From Ascidiella aspersa (lineage: Eukaryota), in NCBI GenBank assembly GCA_963924565.1, contig OZ004607.1, positions 33,232,001 to 33,296,000 on the forward strand: DNA of 64,000 nt, given 5' to 3'. The notes beneath the pieces were generated by a model that worked only from the letters and a program-made list of their open reading frames with translations, did not search any database and was not told the DNA's origin. A program made the position numbers and the translations under genes. This document shows positions 1-12,600 of this stretch, one piece after another; position 1 is the stretch's first letter; each line of letters starts with the position of its first letter.

Positions 1-571
1 AGTGTTTAATAGCATGCTCGTTTTAGACAAAAAAGTTTTTTGCTAGTTAAAATCGTTAGCTGTCCTATTTCTGGACGAAAGTGACCGTCGAGTGCTGCCC
101 TAATAAGGTAAAGACGTTTTTACTAAAACAATAGTGCCGCCAATTTTATGAGTTCAAGATTTAATATTCTAGCGAGAAAAATTACTTCCCAAATCTATAC
201 ATGAGTTCATAGGCCAAACTGAAGCGCGCACGGGATACCGAGCGAATGCAAAGAACTGCGGGCTTTCAGTTTTGTATACTGTGAAAAAAATTATTAATTT
301 AACATTTTTAAATGTAGACACACTTCGTTAGCTTCATGACGAGTGTTAATATTCAAAATAAAATTATTTTATTAACTTTTTTAGAATATAATAAAGCGTA
401 ACAAATAGTACTGAGAAGCATGTTTTTTCGCAAGAGACGTATAGTTTCAGAAAAGGTTTTTAATGACCTGCTTATTTCGAACAATTTTCGGTAAGAGTCA
501 TATTGACATATATATTTTTGTTTATTTTAGAAAAATTTATTTTCAAAATTGATTATTTATATCCTATAGAC

Positions 572-1007
572 CAGTGTTTTCCAACGCATGCGTCGCGACC
601 CAAATTTGGGTCGCCTGATTATTTTTGGGGTCGCTTATTTTTGAGGCATATTGTATCTTAGGCGAAAAATAACCATAAAATAATTTAAAACTTGAAGAGA
701 TCACAAAACTGGAAATCATAATCAGAAAATATGAAAACTAAATCGCGAAACCAACTGGAAGTTAAAGCTGACATGCGGGACTCTGCATGCTCAAGCAAAA
801 TAACGTCTCGATTTCAAAAACTCACTGGGAGCAAGCGAGTGCAACTATCTCATTGGTGTTTTGATAAACATATTATTTTCGGAAAAAGTAACTGCTTTTG
901 TAGTGCAGTTTGTTTGCAACGCAATTGTATTTGCTTGGGTCGCAAGATTATATCAAATATTTTTTTTTTCAAACTGGGTCGCCTTAAAAACGTGTTGGGA
1001 ACCACTG
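572..1007 (+). mobile_element. Non-autonomous Buster/Charlie-type hAT element with a remnant of the transposase C-terminus
   Basis: TIR CAGTGTTTTCCAAC/GTTGGGAACCACTG; TSD ctatagac (564-571, 1008-1015); 731-853 translates KTKSRNQLEVKADMR...KRVQLSH, resembling the recalled Buster-type C-terminus. Confidence 0.8.
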
Positions 1008-1015
1008 CTATAGAC

Positions 1016-1296
1016 CAGTGTTTTTTTTCACAGCGACCTAAAAGCGTAAATTTAGCAGCAAAGCTTTGGCGACCTAATTCCCTTTACTGAACTTTTAATA
1101 AGTGAACAAAACACAAATAGCATAAATAAAAAAATTACAATTTATACAATATAAGCCATGTCTTCTAATTCTCCCAAAGTTTTCTCAAATTTTGGAAGAA
1201 ATTTTGCTCAGGGCTTTTCTCAAGAAATCTAAACACCTAAACGAATGCAGTCGGCCACACAATATTGCGTCGCGACCCATGGATTGAGAACCACTG
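1016..1296. mobile_element. hAT MITE directly adjacent to the previous element
   Basis: CAGTG...GATTGAGAACCACTG; flanks ctatagac/ctaaagaa. Confidence 0.7.
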
Positions 1297-3520
1297 CTAA
1301 AGAAAAAAACACATCTAAGATTTATAACTATTTTTTGCGTGGTATTTGTGGCGTGTTACCGAGTAAAAACATTTCGCCTATTAAAAAAATGGCCGCGTTT
1401 GTCAGACAACAAAGCGAGCGCCGACACAACATGGCAACGACTTGTTTACGAAAAAAAAATGCGCGTCCGCCGATTATTGGCGATTAAGAACAAAAGCGCG
1501 CCGATGTTTACCGTAAATATGCTCTATACAGCGGCCTGAAAGCCGGGGTGCTCTTATCAGCGCAAAGCCCGTTTATTCCTCAAACTGCCGGGCGATTGTT
1601 GATTTTCAAATCACCCGGTTTCTTCTCTTAGCAGGCCTACCAAGTCGGTACAACACACAGCCTATATACTGCGCGTTAGAAATACCAAGCAAAGGGTCAT
1701 TTCTGGCCGCAGCCGTCGCCTTAAGGACTGCCTACTTGGCCGTTGAGTTTTCTTTGCAAAGCCGGGCACTTTTGTTTGGTTTACACTCCGGGATTAAAAA
1801 GACAAGGAGAGGATTTTTGTTGAGTGCCTAACGCCCTGTGTCGGTCTGCGCAGAAAAAAACGCCTCTTTACGAGTTTCGGATGCTATTTAGCGAGTTTTT
1901 TTAGCGTTTGTTTAGAAAATTTCCGCCCAACCTCTATATGACAGTTTAGTTTCGAAAAGGTGAGTGCAGACAGAATTCTGGACTCCCGGTAGAATCGGTT
2001 TTTGTCTCTAGAGATTGGTTGTAGTTGAAATTCTGAAGACGTGTGTACTGTATTTCAGAATAGCAATAAGACCTGCTTTACAGCAATTTCGATGCAGCGG
2101 CGGTTAATCTGAATAGCTTTTTATTTACATAGCCTGTGTTATTCTGTCTAACTTATGAAATTGGCCAATTCGATGTTTTTAAACAAAATACTTTAGGCCT
2201 TCAGCGGCACCTTATTATGTGACTCTTTTTAGCTTTGGTAACCGATAAAAAAAATGTAAAAGACGGTTTCTTGGAAGTACTGACTTCTAAATATCTGCTC
2301 TAGTTAAACAGTTAAAAAAATTAGGCATGTTTTAAGAAACCGTTTGGTAATTTTGAAAGGCTGCTACGGTCCCTTAAACACCTTACAAACATTGCCTATA
2401 AGAGCGTAGACATTGTAAGCGCAACTAATAGTTGTTATTACGCAGTTGTAAAACTAAACACGAAAAGAATGTAGCTTACATGGCAGCCATATTTGTCGAT
2501 TTAAAAACTGTAAATCGTCAATCGTTTGTAAAAGATCATTTAACGCAGTAAAAACATCCGTGCTTTATCAGGTCAAAGTACGATTAAGGTTACACAAATA
2601 AACGAAAAAAGACACGAGCTAGCCTCGGTGTTTTATGTTGTTTTTAAAACCCATTCGTCTTACAGAGATGTTAAGAAATGAAAACGGCATTTTCCACAAA
2701 GCGAACCAAGGTTCGAAACTATTACAGCTAAACTATAGTTTGTAGCAAGCATAAGTCTCAGCGTGTGTAAGCATAAGTCTCAGCAAAGTTATTTGCGAAA
2801 TAACTTAAAGTAATTGACATCAAAAAGTCAAACTATTAAAATTATTCATTTTCCATTCCAATTAATACTTCGCACATATAGCAAACACCATAAACGGAAC
2901 ATCAAACTATTCATTTACGCCGAAAATTGAAGTGTATAACCTATGTTTTCCAAAAAAAAACATTTTTATCAAAACTCGTCATTTAGGCTTCAAACCGAGT
3001 CAAGTGATTAATTTTGCTTATTGAAGACATAACTGAAGTCATTTAAAGGCAGTGACCGGGGTGCATTGAAGTCAAATAATTGACTTAAGTCATTTGAACA
3101 ATTTTACGAAAATAAAATGCGTGAAAGACCAATAGCATCTCAAACAATTCAAACAGACCGAACTAAGAGGAAATGTTTGTTTTCAGACAGCTACAATTAC
3201 GTACGAAACAACCATTTTAATTGAAACACTTAAGTAATTTATAGGGTTAAATCCAAGTCAAGCCGAGTAAGTTTGCCCAAAATACTTATTAAGGTTATTT
3301 AAAAACAGTGACGAAAGTGCATTCAAGTCAAATGATTGACTTAAGTCATTAGAACACTGGTTTGTATTTTTTACGAAAACAAATTGGCAAAGATTAATAA
3401 CATCTCAAACAGACCAACATAAGAGGAAATGTTTGTTTTTATACAGCTACAATTAAGTTGTTCGATCAAATATGCCCTAAAATCTGCCCAAACCCTGTCT
3501 CAAAACTGGTCGTTTCCCAG

Positions 3521-3685
3521 AAATCTCGACTCTCGGACGAAATCTCGCAGTTTAAGGTCGAACGTGATCGCATCAAGCAACTTAAGGAGAGCTGCAAGAA
3601 ACACGAGGCAAAGCATAAGGAACTGAGGGATTCCTACGAGCAGCTGAAGAGCCACTGTCACCAACAGAAACAACTCATTCTGCAG
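3521..3685 (+). CDS. CNTLN: Centlein-like exon (KSRLSDEISQF...QQKQLILQ)
   Basis: tttcccag| ... cag|gtttgg, phase 0-0. Confidence 0.8.
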
Positions 3686-6600
3686 GTTTGGACGTGACTT
3701 TGAGAGAAAAGATGAAATGTATTACTCGATAAAACTGTGCAACAGGGGACGTGGCGTTGTTTTGCACAATGTGCGCAAAAATGTACAAAAACTGTGCGCA
3801 CATTTTTGCTATTTTTTTTAGAATGTGCGCACATTTAAAACAGCATTTAAAAACGTGCGCACATTTTTGAGTTAGGAGTTCACCCATTAACTATCTCAAA
3901 ATGTGCGCACATTCTGCTAAAAAAAGTGCGCACATTTTTAAAGTCGTATTAAAGTGTGCGCACATTTTTGCCTGCACATTTTTCCGCATATTGTGCAAAA
4001 AATGCTAGCATTCCCATCTCAAACTGTGGGTTACGGAAGTTTGACAAACAGGGTTCCTTAGAGAAATATATATTTTTTCATTTTTCAATGAGCGAATGTT
4101 TGCCTTGGGCACGGAAATTTTTAGGCTGACTTCTAAGTGAATCACAAAGTTTATATAAAATAATTAAAACTAATGTCACATTGCTTTTCCTTTTTTAGGT
4201 TTATATATAGGTAATACTAAAGTTGAGTGTGAAGCAAATTTTACTGCGCAAATTTTCCGATGCGCGCTTGTGCATTTATAGGAAACAATAATAATAAGCC
4301 GTAAAGTTACAAGCTTATAGTAACGAACTACTAAACAAATGGAATATTTAATTTATCTTTTTACTAATAATAGCATTTGTTGTAGATTTAAAACTAAAAA
4401 CCCTCAAAAAAAAAGAAAAATCAAAAGTAACCATATATTTAGTGTAAGTTATAACAAAAATTGCATTTCTATTTAAAATTTATATTCATCGAAACTCAGA
4501 TAAAATAGTGATGTTATCATATACTTGTTGAGTGATGGTTGGCCTGCCCTACAGGGTCTCCACCGGTAGACGTTACATTCAGGTTAGAATGAGGTGTGTG
4601 TGGTGCCTTAAGACAAGCCGTTGTTTGTATATTGGCAGCTGCAAGAACTTCACAAGAGCACTCAGAAAGTCCTTACCGAACAACAAGAAGCTAGCAAGAA
4701 TGGCACTACTGGTCTCCAGTCTATGTACAACGAAATTGCCAGGTAAGGGTGGTTTTCCGTTGTTTACTCCACTGTTTTTACGGCAGATAAATGGATACAT
4801 TGCGCCAAAATAGTTGTTTTATTCAAGCTTTATTGAACTTGGGTATACTTTGCACGGATCTATAATGTAGCTTGATAAATAATCAATTGCAAAGCCAAAA
4901 AGGTCGAGTACATTGACATCACCTTGATTAAGACTTTTCGATACAATCTTAGTATCATCTTTCAGTTAATTTTAATAGGCTTGTATTAAACCTTTTTTTC
5001 TCCTACTTGTTAAGTATATATAAGATTTCAGGATAGGGTAGAATATTGTAGGCATTGAAATGTAGAACTTTTTTACCTTTACCAAAGCACTAGATTTTTA
5101 AATTACTGCGATATGCGAATTTACCAAATCGAAAGCGATCAGCTACATTCATGCAATCATGCTATTGTGCCATTTTTACCCTCCGTTAGTTGATATGTTA
5201 AATGTGACGACTAAAACGCCCCGTGACAATTTCTTTTACGAATATGGCACCGCATTTTGGTTGCGAAAGTCGAATAATTCCAACATTATTAAAAATACCG
5301 TTAGGAAAAATAATTAAAAATTAATCAAGTTCCTTTGAAGAAACGGTGAAAAATTATAGATTCTGGCTTCACACGAATAAAGTAAAAAAGATTACCCTGT
5401 CCTGTTGTTACATTTAGCGTCGAAATAAGATCACATTAAATATTGTTTTTGAATTCTCTTGAATATTCGATGAATTTATTTTATATCCAACTTAAGTTTC
5501 GTGTTTCAATGTGCCTTTAAAAAAACGAATAAAAATTTGTTTTATTTGTATTGATTGTGACATTTTTACTGTTGTGTTTTCGAATTATATTAAAACAACC
5601 CCAAGCGGTCTAATTTTAGATCTTTAAAATTATATTATTTTTCTTTAAAATGTCTTTGAATTTTGTTCGTAAAAATGTGTGCCAACCCTGTGTTACACTC
5701 AGTCGCGAAATGAGATTACACTACAAAAGAAAAAAATTTCACAGGGAATACCAACAAGTAAAACAAGAGAACTCTGACTTGAAACAGCGACTTCTAGAAC
5801 AAGAAGAAGCGATTCACTCGACTGAAAAGGAGCTGAGAAAATCAATAGAAATGGCTTCAAGACGGGAACGGGTAAATACATTTCAAGTGGCGAAGCCAGT
5901 GGTTCTCAACCGGGGTGCCGCGGCGCCCTGGTGTACCATTTTTAATGCTCAAGGATGCCGATAGGTATTTGACATTTTTTAAGAATCTGATTTTGGCTCT
6001 TGATACAACTATTTGTCTATGTTTAGAGACCATTATATCAAATAAAATTTGAATTGTGTTGTTGTATAGTTCCATTTATAGTGACATTTCAGTAAAATAC
6101 TCGAGAATTCCAGTCGTGGTTTCGAAAATCTGTTTATTATTTTTGAGGGGTTCCGTGAGCCATATAAGTTTGAGAATCACTGGGCTAAGCTGCGAAACTC
6201 TGATTTATAGCTAAAATATGATATGATTTGCAACAAGTTTGGTTTGGGTGACCGCAAGTGTTTCATTTAAATACCAAAAAGTTGCAAGTCCAAAATTTGG
6301 GAAACCGCTGGAGAAATTTGACACCTTTAAAAAAACAAAACACCTTTAAAAAACACTGAACAGGGTCATACAAATTTTGAACGTTTTTCGAAAACTTAAT
6401 CTTACTCTGACCAGATGAAGCACGGTTGTGCGAAAGCTCGTCAGCTTAAAAATATAATTTGTTAACAGTGTCACTTGTTTTCAGTTTGAAATAAGGCAAA
6501 TACGGCCATCAACCAAGATTAGTGGTTAAGTTGTAAAAAATATTTAAAAGTTGCTAAAGTGTGCAACTCTAGCAAAAAACAAAATATCGTTCGCAATAGG

Positions 6601-9600
6601 TATGTCCGATACTTGGCATTTTATTGCGATACCGATACCCGATATTTTGGACAAGCGCATCACGATCCGATACCAACGACGTCATAACCATGCTCCAATA
6701 TTCTGGATAGATAAATTCATAGGACTGAAAAGCAGTTTTTATCGGTTAATTAGGCCTAAATTTGTTGAGCAATTGTTTTTTGATAAATTGAACTGTTTTG
6801 AGGTAGAATCGTAAATTTGATCGCAAATCTTTGCTGAAATTTTCACTCTCAACAATATGTATCGGATTGACACCAATACTGCCTTAGTATCGGACGAGTA
6901 TCGATACTACCACTTGGCATTGGGTATCGGCTTCGAATCGATATTTACGGACATCCCTAATTCACAACAGAGACGTGTACATTTTGAACGTTGTCGCAAC
7001 GTAATCCAATGTTAACCAGCCGCCAGTAAAATATTTATTGCATATAAATAATACTTGATAATAAATTGCAAAGCCAAAAAGGTCGAGTAGATCGGCAGCA
7101 TCTTGTTTAATACGTTGCGATACGAACTTGTATCATCTTCAGTTAATGTCATCAATGTCATTAGTCATTAACTGAAGATGATACAAGTTCGTATCGAAAC
7201 GTCTTAATCAAGATGCTGTCGATCTACTCGACCTTTTTGGCTTTGCAATTTATTACCAAGCTATACATTATAGATCCGTGCATAGTGTAACCAACTAAAT
7301 AATACTTGTTTTCCAATATTTCACGATTCAATACGATTTTAACCAAACGTTTTAAGATAAGTTCATCGGTCGCGTATAGCTGTAAACCAGGAGTCGTAAG
7401 TTCGACTTTTACTCAACACCCAAGTGTTCATATTGCTTTAATCGAAAACAAAACGCATTTACACTGAAAATAATCCAGCGGGTCGCGGAATTAATTAGGC
7501 TCATTTGAAGCTGTATTTTAGTTTTCTGTTGACAGTAAAAAGCTTACAATCCGCATCCTCGAAATGTTTTTTCTATTAATTTCCTTGTTTTTTGTCAGAT
7601 TTACGACTACAGTGACCTCGAGGATCAGCTTGCATCGCAGCAAAAGGAAATCGAGCGACTGAGGAGTAAAATTAAGGACAATTCACGGAGGTGAGACATC
7701 GTTCTATAATCCAGGGGTCGCCAAACTTTTGAATGAAGCTCCTATAATACAGTGTTTCCAAACGTTTTTTACCGGCGAACCAAAAAATAAAGCGTACGTT
7801 TAACAGTGACGCTTTGGCGACCCAATTATCTCCACTGAACGTTTTCAAGCTTAAAATCAACAAAGAAGAAATAAGACAGTAGCCTTAATAAAGTCAATTT
7901 TATAAAAATCTAAAGAAACTTAACCATATAAAACTTCTTTAATTGGCAATCCAACCAAATTAAACAGCAAAACATATTCGCTGGATATAAATTTAAACAC
8001 ATACTCACAATGTCTGTGGACTCTAAAATGGAGGTTAATAAAAACTGTTTCCGAAAAGGGTTTAAGTTAATAAGGTGGTGCCATAGTAGTTCGTAACTGA
8101 CCCAGAAACCTCAATAATGCTGTCCCCTACTCTGAGCACAATTAGAAAGGTAATATCAAATCAGTTAGACCGCTTAACTTAAATATACCCCGCACAATGA
8201 TGCCATTCGCATTACTATTCATGAGTAATTCGATACGACGTTGTGTCAACCGCTTTGCCGGGGCATGTAATTTGGCTTAGTGCGTCGTTAACAAAAGGAT
8301 TCTGCGTGGGCCTAAGCTGTAAGTCCGGCCGGGCTGTTGGGGTTCGATGTTGGCCTTGTGTTTAATTTGGGGCCTTATTTGGGTCTGAATTGCCATCACC
8401 CTGGCATATGCGCTGTATTTTAACTTTGCTTTTTGTTTATTTTAACGATATCAAAATAATAATTCTTCGTTGATTGTTTACTTTATAAAAATATATGGCC
8501 TCACCTCTGCCGGTAATTAACTACATGACGTTTAACGGAGGCAAATGTTCGTGAAACCTTTCTGGCATAATATCACAGTCAGTCATTTTATTAGATGTAA
8601 AGAAAAATGTATTTCGCTCAAAAGACATCTTAAGTTTTAAGAAAAACCGTCGCCTTTAATCGATACTCCCGTTCACGTAGCTCTCCATGGGCAAACATGG
8701 CTGATTGATATCTGCAGTGAATTAAACTTTCAGACCTAAGTTTGACTTTTACAGGTTTTTGGAGAAAATAGAAGGCCTGAAAATACTTTTTTTTTTCCAG
8801 TTATTTCTAAGCTGGTTGTTGAAAGCATAACGATACCGGGATGTATTGTTTTCCAGAATATGCCTATTTAAATACTTTTTCTCCTATTCAGACGTTCCGA
8901 TTCACCTTACGGACAAGACCAGACCTTTTCGCCAATCGTGGAGCGAGGTGTACAACAAAACGTAAGTATTACCATCTTAAAACGTCAATCTTTGTAAATG
9001 GCCGTATTTGTCTAATTCTAAATAGAGGAATCAGGTGGCACGATGTAAAGACAAATTATATTGAATTCCCGGCTTTCGCACAACCATGCTTCATCAGGTC
9101 AAAGTATGGATAGTGGATACGTATGGATACCAGGATGGATACTTTGACCTGATGAAGCATGGTTGCGCGAAAGCTTGTCGAGAATTCAATACAATTTGTC
9201 TTTACATACTGCGATTCAACATCACCGTTGTGAAAAAATTTACCTTTTTTTACCACTGGTGTACTTCACAAAATAAAAAGCTAAAATGGTCTAGTTTTTG
9301 CAGCCGTAATACTAGTATTTGACCGTTACACCTGGATTAAGTTATTTTTAGCCAATATTCTTCATAAAATATATCAACCTTTATTCTGCGATCTTAAAAT
9401 CATCAGGCCAATTAAACTCACAGAAATGCCTTGAAACCAGAAAATATCGTAAAACAATAAAATCGTAAGAATCGAAGCAAACATTCCGGTTTACCTAAAC
9501 ACGAACAAGATATTTTCTAAATACACACCATGCTTTGTTTTAATTAAAAAAAAAAATATATATATATATAGTAAAATTCTTTTTTACTCCCCGCTTTTAA

Positions 9601-12600
9601 AGCGAGCTACAGAGCTCACAGAATGCGTCTCTCGTAAACGTCAATCTCTTGCGTTTGCTAATATCTGTTTCCCCTTCAAGGCTGTAAGATCAAGGTCTTA
9701 CTCCCCGGTTCGCCAGAGCAAGCAGCTCGCCACCACACAAAAGCGACTCAAGGCAACAGAAACTAAACTGGAGGAAACCAAAAGACTACTCGACCTCAAG
9801 GTTTGCATCGGTCTTTTTGCTTTTTTAAGTATTGCTAAAGTCAGTGTTTCGCCACCTTTTTCGGCTTGCGGCACCCTACAGAAATTGTAAATAGTTCGCA
9901 GCACCGTTGTTCGCATTTTTGCTGGGTGGTTAACTGTAACGTTACAATAAACTAGTTTGGAACAGCACATTAACTGTGCAACAAGGTTGAGAAAAAACTT
10001 TTCAATTATTGACACTTTGGTCGTACAGAATTTGAAATATCTCTCGGCCCCTGGCACCGTAGAGTGAGAGTGCCGTGGCACCCCGGTTGAGTAGAGTGAC
10101 CGTAGAGTGAGAGTGCCGTGGCACCCCGGTTGAGAACCACTTGCTTAGATTGTACTTATGCAAACGTTGCTCGCTTTTTCCAAAGATATTTAGGCACAAA
10201 TATTTTAAGCTTTTTTTCGCTTGAATCATGAATCAAATGACTTGGCTACAAAGAAATATTTTAAGAGATAAAATTGATAGGCTAAGATATTTAAGCACAA
10301 ATATTTTAAGCTTTTTCTCGCTTTATTTATGAGCGAGATGACTGGACCACGATGAAATATTCTGAGAAAATAATGGTAATGAAATAGCAGAAAAGCCTTT
10401 ACATTATTTGCTCCTGGCCATCTTGCCGTTACAAGCCTTCAATTTTTTTTCATAAAATTATTTGGCAACCCTGTTCAATCAATTCCACTTAATACAAATA
10501 CCGTACAAAGCTTTTGCATGGAAAATAACATGCGACTAGTATTTTTCTGACTGTATCCATCTTCAAACAGTGCTGTAGCGATCATTTTTCAATTAAAAAC
10601 ACTGTTTGTGCAGCGCGACGAGGTCAATGAAATTCAGCAAGCTCACAACCGAAGACTGGAACGTCTTAGATCGCTACAAAGCGACTACAAGTAAGTGCTC
10701 AAAATATTCACTTAAAAAGTTGGACGAATTTTGCCAAAAATAAAAGGAGTGATTGTTGGGAGCCACAGTTCAGTAACAACCATTCTGGGTGTTACTACAA
10801 TTTTATGATTTTTACGGTGAATTTTTTTTACTTTTTATTTATCTTTAAATGTTTCTGACTAGTACTTATACTGTTGCGTTTGTTATTCAGACATACTGAC
10901 GATGCCCTTTTTGGTGAAATATAAATATATATATAATTTATAAATATATATATCTTTAAAAAAGTGTCTTACCTAAACTACTTAGCTTTGCTAGATTATT
11001 TTGCTATTAACCTCCAACCATTTAGGTTATTTAAACCCTGATTTGGCTCGCAGTAATACGTTTCAATTTTACTATAGGATCCTTAAATCTTCCTCTTCGG
11101 ACAAACACCACCGCTCCTCCTCCCCTCGCAAGAAGAGGAGCAACTTCGCGCCTCCGTCCTCCCGATTGGATCGCAGGGATCTGAGGCAGGAGACGTCAGA
11201 GACGGTTTGGAACGACCTCGTTTACTACAAGCAACAAAACAAGAACCTCGCACAAGACAAGTGATTGCTAGATTTAACAACCGTTATTTACTTTAGACTA
11301 AGGGTACCGTGTAATGCGAAGATGAGCAAACTCTTTGCTACGCCAACTTAAAAAACGGTACACTGAATTTACGGCTATCATGGAGCATACAACTAAAAGA
11401 AAAAATTATATTTAAGCTGCGGCCCATAGTTTGGCGATCACTGGTTTACAACTTACAAATCGCTGTCCTTACCTTTACAATGTAACTCACGTGCTTGTAT
11501 GTCGGATTTTTAACAAAGCAACAATTGTAAATGCAAACCATTTAGTTTTTTATTTTCCAGGCGTCCTTATTTTTAGGTGATTAGTAGCCCCAGCTATACA
11601 TTTTAAAGTAACTAGGGGTAAAAATGGAATACCGCAATGACTCTACTCTGGATTCACTAAACACTTTAAATCCTTTTTAAAATTATAGTGTTAAATTATT
11701 TATCCAATTTTGATTAAGCGGTAGCTCTGCCCCCGGATAGGCAACAATACCGAAGTTAAACAGCTTTGTAGTATAATGGTTGTAGGTTTAAGTAAGACGT
11801 AGTAAGAATATTAAAGCCCATACAGAAGTAGGAAGCATTTTGTAAACGTTTAAAATAAATCTTAAGATAATGGCTGGAGGTTGTAGTTAGACGTAAAATG
11901 AATGTCAATACAGAAGTGGCCAACATTTTGTGAACATTAGAATAAATCTTTAGGTAATGGCTGGAGGTTGTAGTAGGACGTGTAAAGAATATCATCAAAG
12001 CACATACAGAAGTTGGTATCATTTTGAACGTTTCGAATATCTCGTTATCGATTTCAACATAGTGATAAGGCACAGATTCGATAAACTTTAAAATTAATTA
12101 CTCCTCCCACAACAAACGCTCCCTTTTTTCTCCAGGTGGTCTTTGGAGGAGGAGCTTGACAACCTCCGTGTCCAGGCGACGGTTGATCGCGCCACCATTC
12201 AGGACCTCAACATGTGCCTCAAGAACGAGAAGAACGAACTGATGGCCAGACTCCGGTCTTCTGCAAGAGCTGACGGTAAGAGGGCAAAGAAAATTATATT
12301 TTAGTTAACCCCTTGGAATAAAAAAAATTGTTTCTTTGAATTTTTCTATTGAGGCCTTTCGACATGTGTCGGTGTTATATTTTGTGTAAATACACAGACT
12401 CATTAAGTGTAACTCTGCTGTTAAACAACGCTGCATAAAAAATGCCCTTTTTAGGCTGTGGAACCTAAAAGTATTGTATACCCCGAACCCAAACAACCCT
12501 TTACAATGGCTTTAGGATTTTGTTTACTTGTTACGAAACCACTTGTGCAATTATGGTTTAAATTAAAACACGACTGAGTTGAAGTGGAATCAAAGTTGCG

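Noticed and set aside
3746-4016. CRISPR-like array
   Set aside because: Eukaryotic intron, short palindromic motifs with irregular spacing inside a foldback element, and no cas genes.
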